Shown: piece by piece, positions 62,187-64,000 of the stretch
How positions within the stretch are numbered: position 1 is the first letter of the stretch
Layout of the letters: the number at the start of each line of letters is the position of its first letter
Source: Leucoraja erinacea
Lineage: Eukaryota
Direction of reading: 5' to 3'
Assembly (NCBI RefSeq): GCF_028641065.1
Contig: NC_073381.1
Span: forward strand, 77,624,001 to 77,688,000
DNA: 64,000 bases
Translations under genes and position numbers: made by a program
Notes under the pieces: generated by a model
Told to the model about the DNA's origin: nothing
The model's database searches: none
What the model saw: the letters and a program-made list of their open reading frames with translations, nothing else

Positions 62187-62449
62187 ATAATCGATGTTTT
62201 GGGTTGGGACCCTTTTCCAGACTGATTGTAGTATGGGAGAGAAAGCTGGAAAAGAGTGTTGGGGGGTGGGGGGGGGGTTGAAAACAAAGTCTGCAAACTG
62301 ATAAGTGGATACAGGTGAGAGGAATCTACCCGTCTGCCAATCCAAACTCCTTCGCCTGAACTCAATTCCTCCAGAAAAGATCCCGCTGAGTTACACTTTG
62401 TGCTCGAACCGACTTTGTACAACTGATAAGCCACAAATTGAGATCCTAC

Positions 62450-64000
62450 CTTGTCCATGCAATCACAACTTCACCATTCTTCTTGATTACATTCTTAGCA
62501 GAGAGGCTGGTTGCCAACGCCACAGTGGACTGGCAAGCATTGGTTGTCGTTTTCTTCGGTGTAGCATCATTGTCAGCTTTCCTTGCTGATGAAGTGGATT
62601 TTCTTTGCGCCTTGGTTTGGTTATTTTTTTTCTCGCTGGTTTTCAAAGATTCTTTACGCGCTCTTTTCTGCGTGGAATCCACTTTCGCGTTACGTTTTCT
62701 CTTCTTGGTCCTGGAGCTAGGATCAGGTTCCAAGATTGTTGCAGTCAATAATGCGACACCTTTTATATTCCCACTGGGGGTTTCAAGTGATGGCTCATGA
62801 ACTGTACAGTGTTTGGTTAATGGTTGATCTTTCTCCGACTGAGGTGTCTGCATCGCAACCTCCATTCCTGACTCTTCCAGAGTTGTGCCTCCACCTGCTG
62901 GATGCTCCACAACCCGAGAATGTGTAGGTAATGCTTTGGACATCAGGCGATCTTGCTGCTCAATTACATCTTGCACATTGTTGCCGGGTAATATTGTCTG
63001 CTTATCAATGGTCTCCATAACGGATCCTCCACTTGGTTCCAACTTGGATGTCGCATTCGTCTGCTCTGCTGGAACAGAGGGCGAGCTCTGTAGTGGAGAG
63101 TCAGCTTTGGATGCCCCCCTGCACCTTATCTTGACGATGAAATGGTCATTTGATTTTTCCATTACAACAGCCTGCATCGGGGAGTGGCCCTGATACTGAA
63201 AGGAAGACATCTGCTTGTTCCACATCGAGGAACTGCTGGACCTGCTGCTAGAATTGTCCGAATCCAAAGCCAAGTGAATATCTTGCTCCAAGGCATCCTC
63301 CTCGTCAAGGACAGCGTTTTCACTGTAATGGCTGGTCAAAATGGCCTCGCTCACTTCACCAGGCAAGGATAATTCATTCTGTGATGTTAAGAAACTGATT
63401 TCCCCATCTGATTTAAGAGGCGAGGGGACTGTAAGAGAAACTGCCAGATCCTCCATCAGAATAGAGGACACGGTGGAAGGCATTTGTAGAGCTGAACTAG
63501 TTTCTATTAGCTTCTGGCTAATTGAACCTTCAGGTGGGCTGATCATCCGAACGTCTTTGTTGTGGACCACCTTATCAGGGATTTCTAGCATGCAACTTTC
63601 ATCCAAAATATCTATATTGAGTGGCGGTCTCAACCCAACAGTGTGCTTATTTGGTGTGCTGGGAGGCCAAGATATACTATCGCCCTGGGACACTGTGGGA
63701 ACTTTCTCTGATGTGGAAGTAACACCAGACAGATGCGAGTTGCTATCATGGTTCATCTTATCAGGGACAGGCCAAGAATTACATTCCAGCGTTGAAATCC
63801 CTTGCTCCAACAGATCGGACCCCTGCAACAAACACTTGAATATCTCACCCATCTGAGCATCGCTTACCAGGTTAAAAGTTAGAGTAGAGGCCTGTTGTTC
63901 CGTTAGAATGCCAAGTTCAGCTTTCTCATGGGATTCTTTAGTGAAGTTGGAATTTATCAGTGAGTCGCTTGAAGCATTTGAATTCATCTGATTCAAGGAC
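62450..64000 (-). CDS. CASP8AP2: CASP8-associated protein 2 (FLASH), large exon running off the window edge
   Basis: 516-aa open frame with EKSNDHFIVKIR and SLSAKNVIKKNGEVVIAWTR motifs; donor AG|gtagga at 62449. Confidence 0.92.

Noticed and set aside
57801-62500. GON4L/YARP as the identity of the Myb-like C-terminus
   Set aside because: The SNDHFIVKIR, NVIKKxGE and QVSERF motifs fit CASP8AP2 better.
62438-63856. Plus-strand ORFs of 102-171 aa
   Set aside because: Antisense shadows of the CASP8AP2 exon.

Overview
Vertebrate genomic DNA, most likely an elasmobranch (skate/ray-type repeat content: HE1/V-SINEs, CR1/HER1-like LINEs, Penelope-like elements; species is inferred). Four genes were assembled by hand from splice sites and protein recognition. 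(1) The last exon and ~2.1 kb 3'UTR of EYA4 (+, CDS 5326-5406). (2) A complete RPS12 (-, CDS exons 22408-22421, 19381-19497, 18323-18425, 17196-17297, 11064-11123; 131 aa) with a TATA/TCT/YY1 promoter, hosting SNORD101 and SNORD100. (3) A complete 14-exon SLC18B1 (+, 23873-51588; 445 aa) head-to-head with RPS12. (4) The last three exons of CASP8AP2/FLASH (-, 57801-64000). The rest is mostly transposon debris. The most interesting signals are ~20 short Penelope-derived elements carrying a minimal hammerhead-ribozyme-like motif, often as inverted pairs; a minisatellite of ATF/CEBP-like YGACGCAA sites in the RPS12/SLC18B1 bidirectional promoter; an unusually diverged, cysteine-gaining RPS12; a nested Tc1>hAT>Penelope stack in RPS12 intron 5; and a gene order different from human. 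All calls were made by eye with no database search; comparisons with human sequences are from memory.
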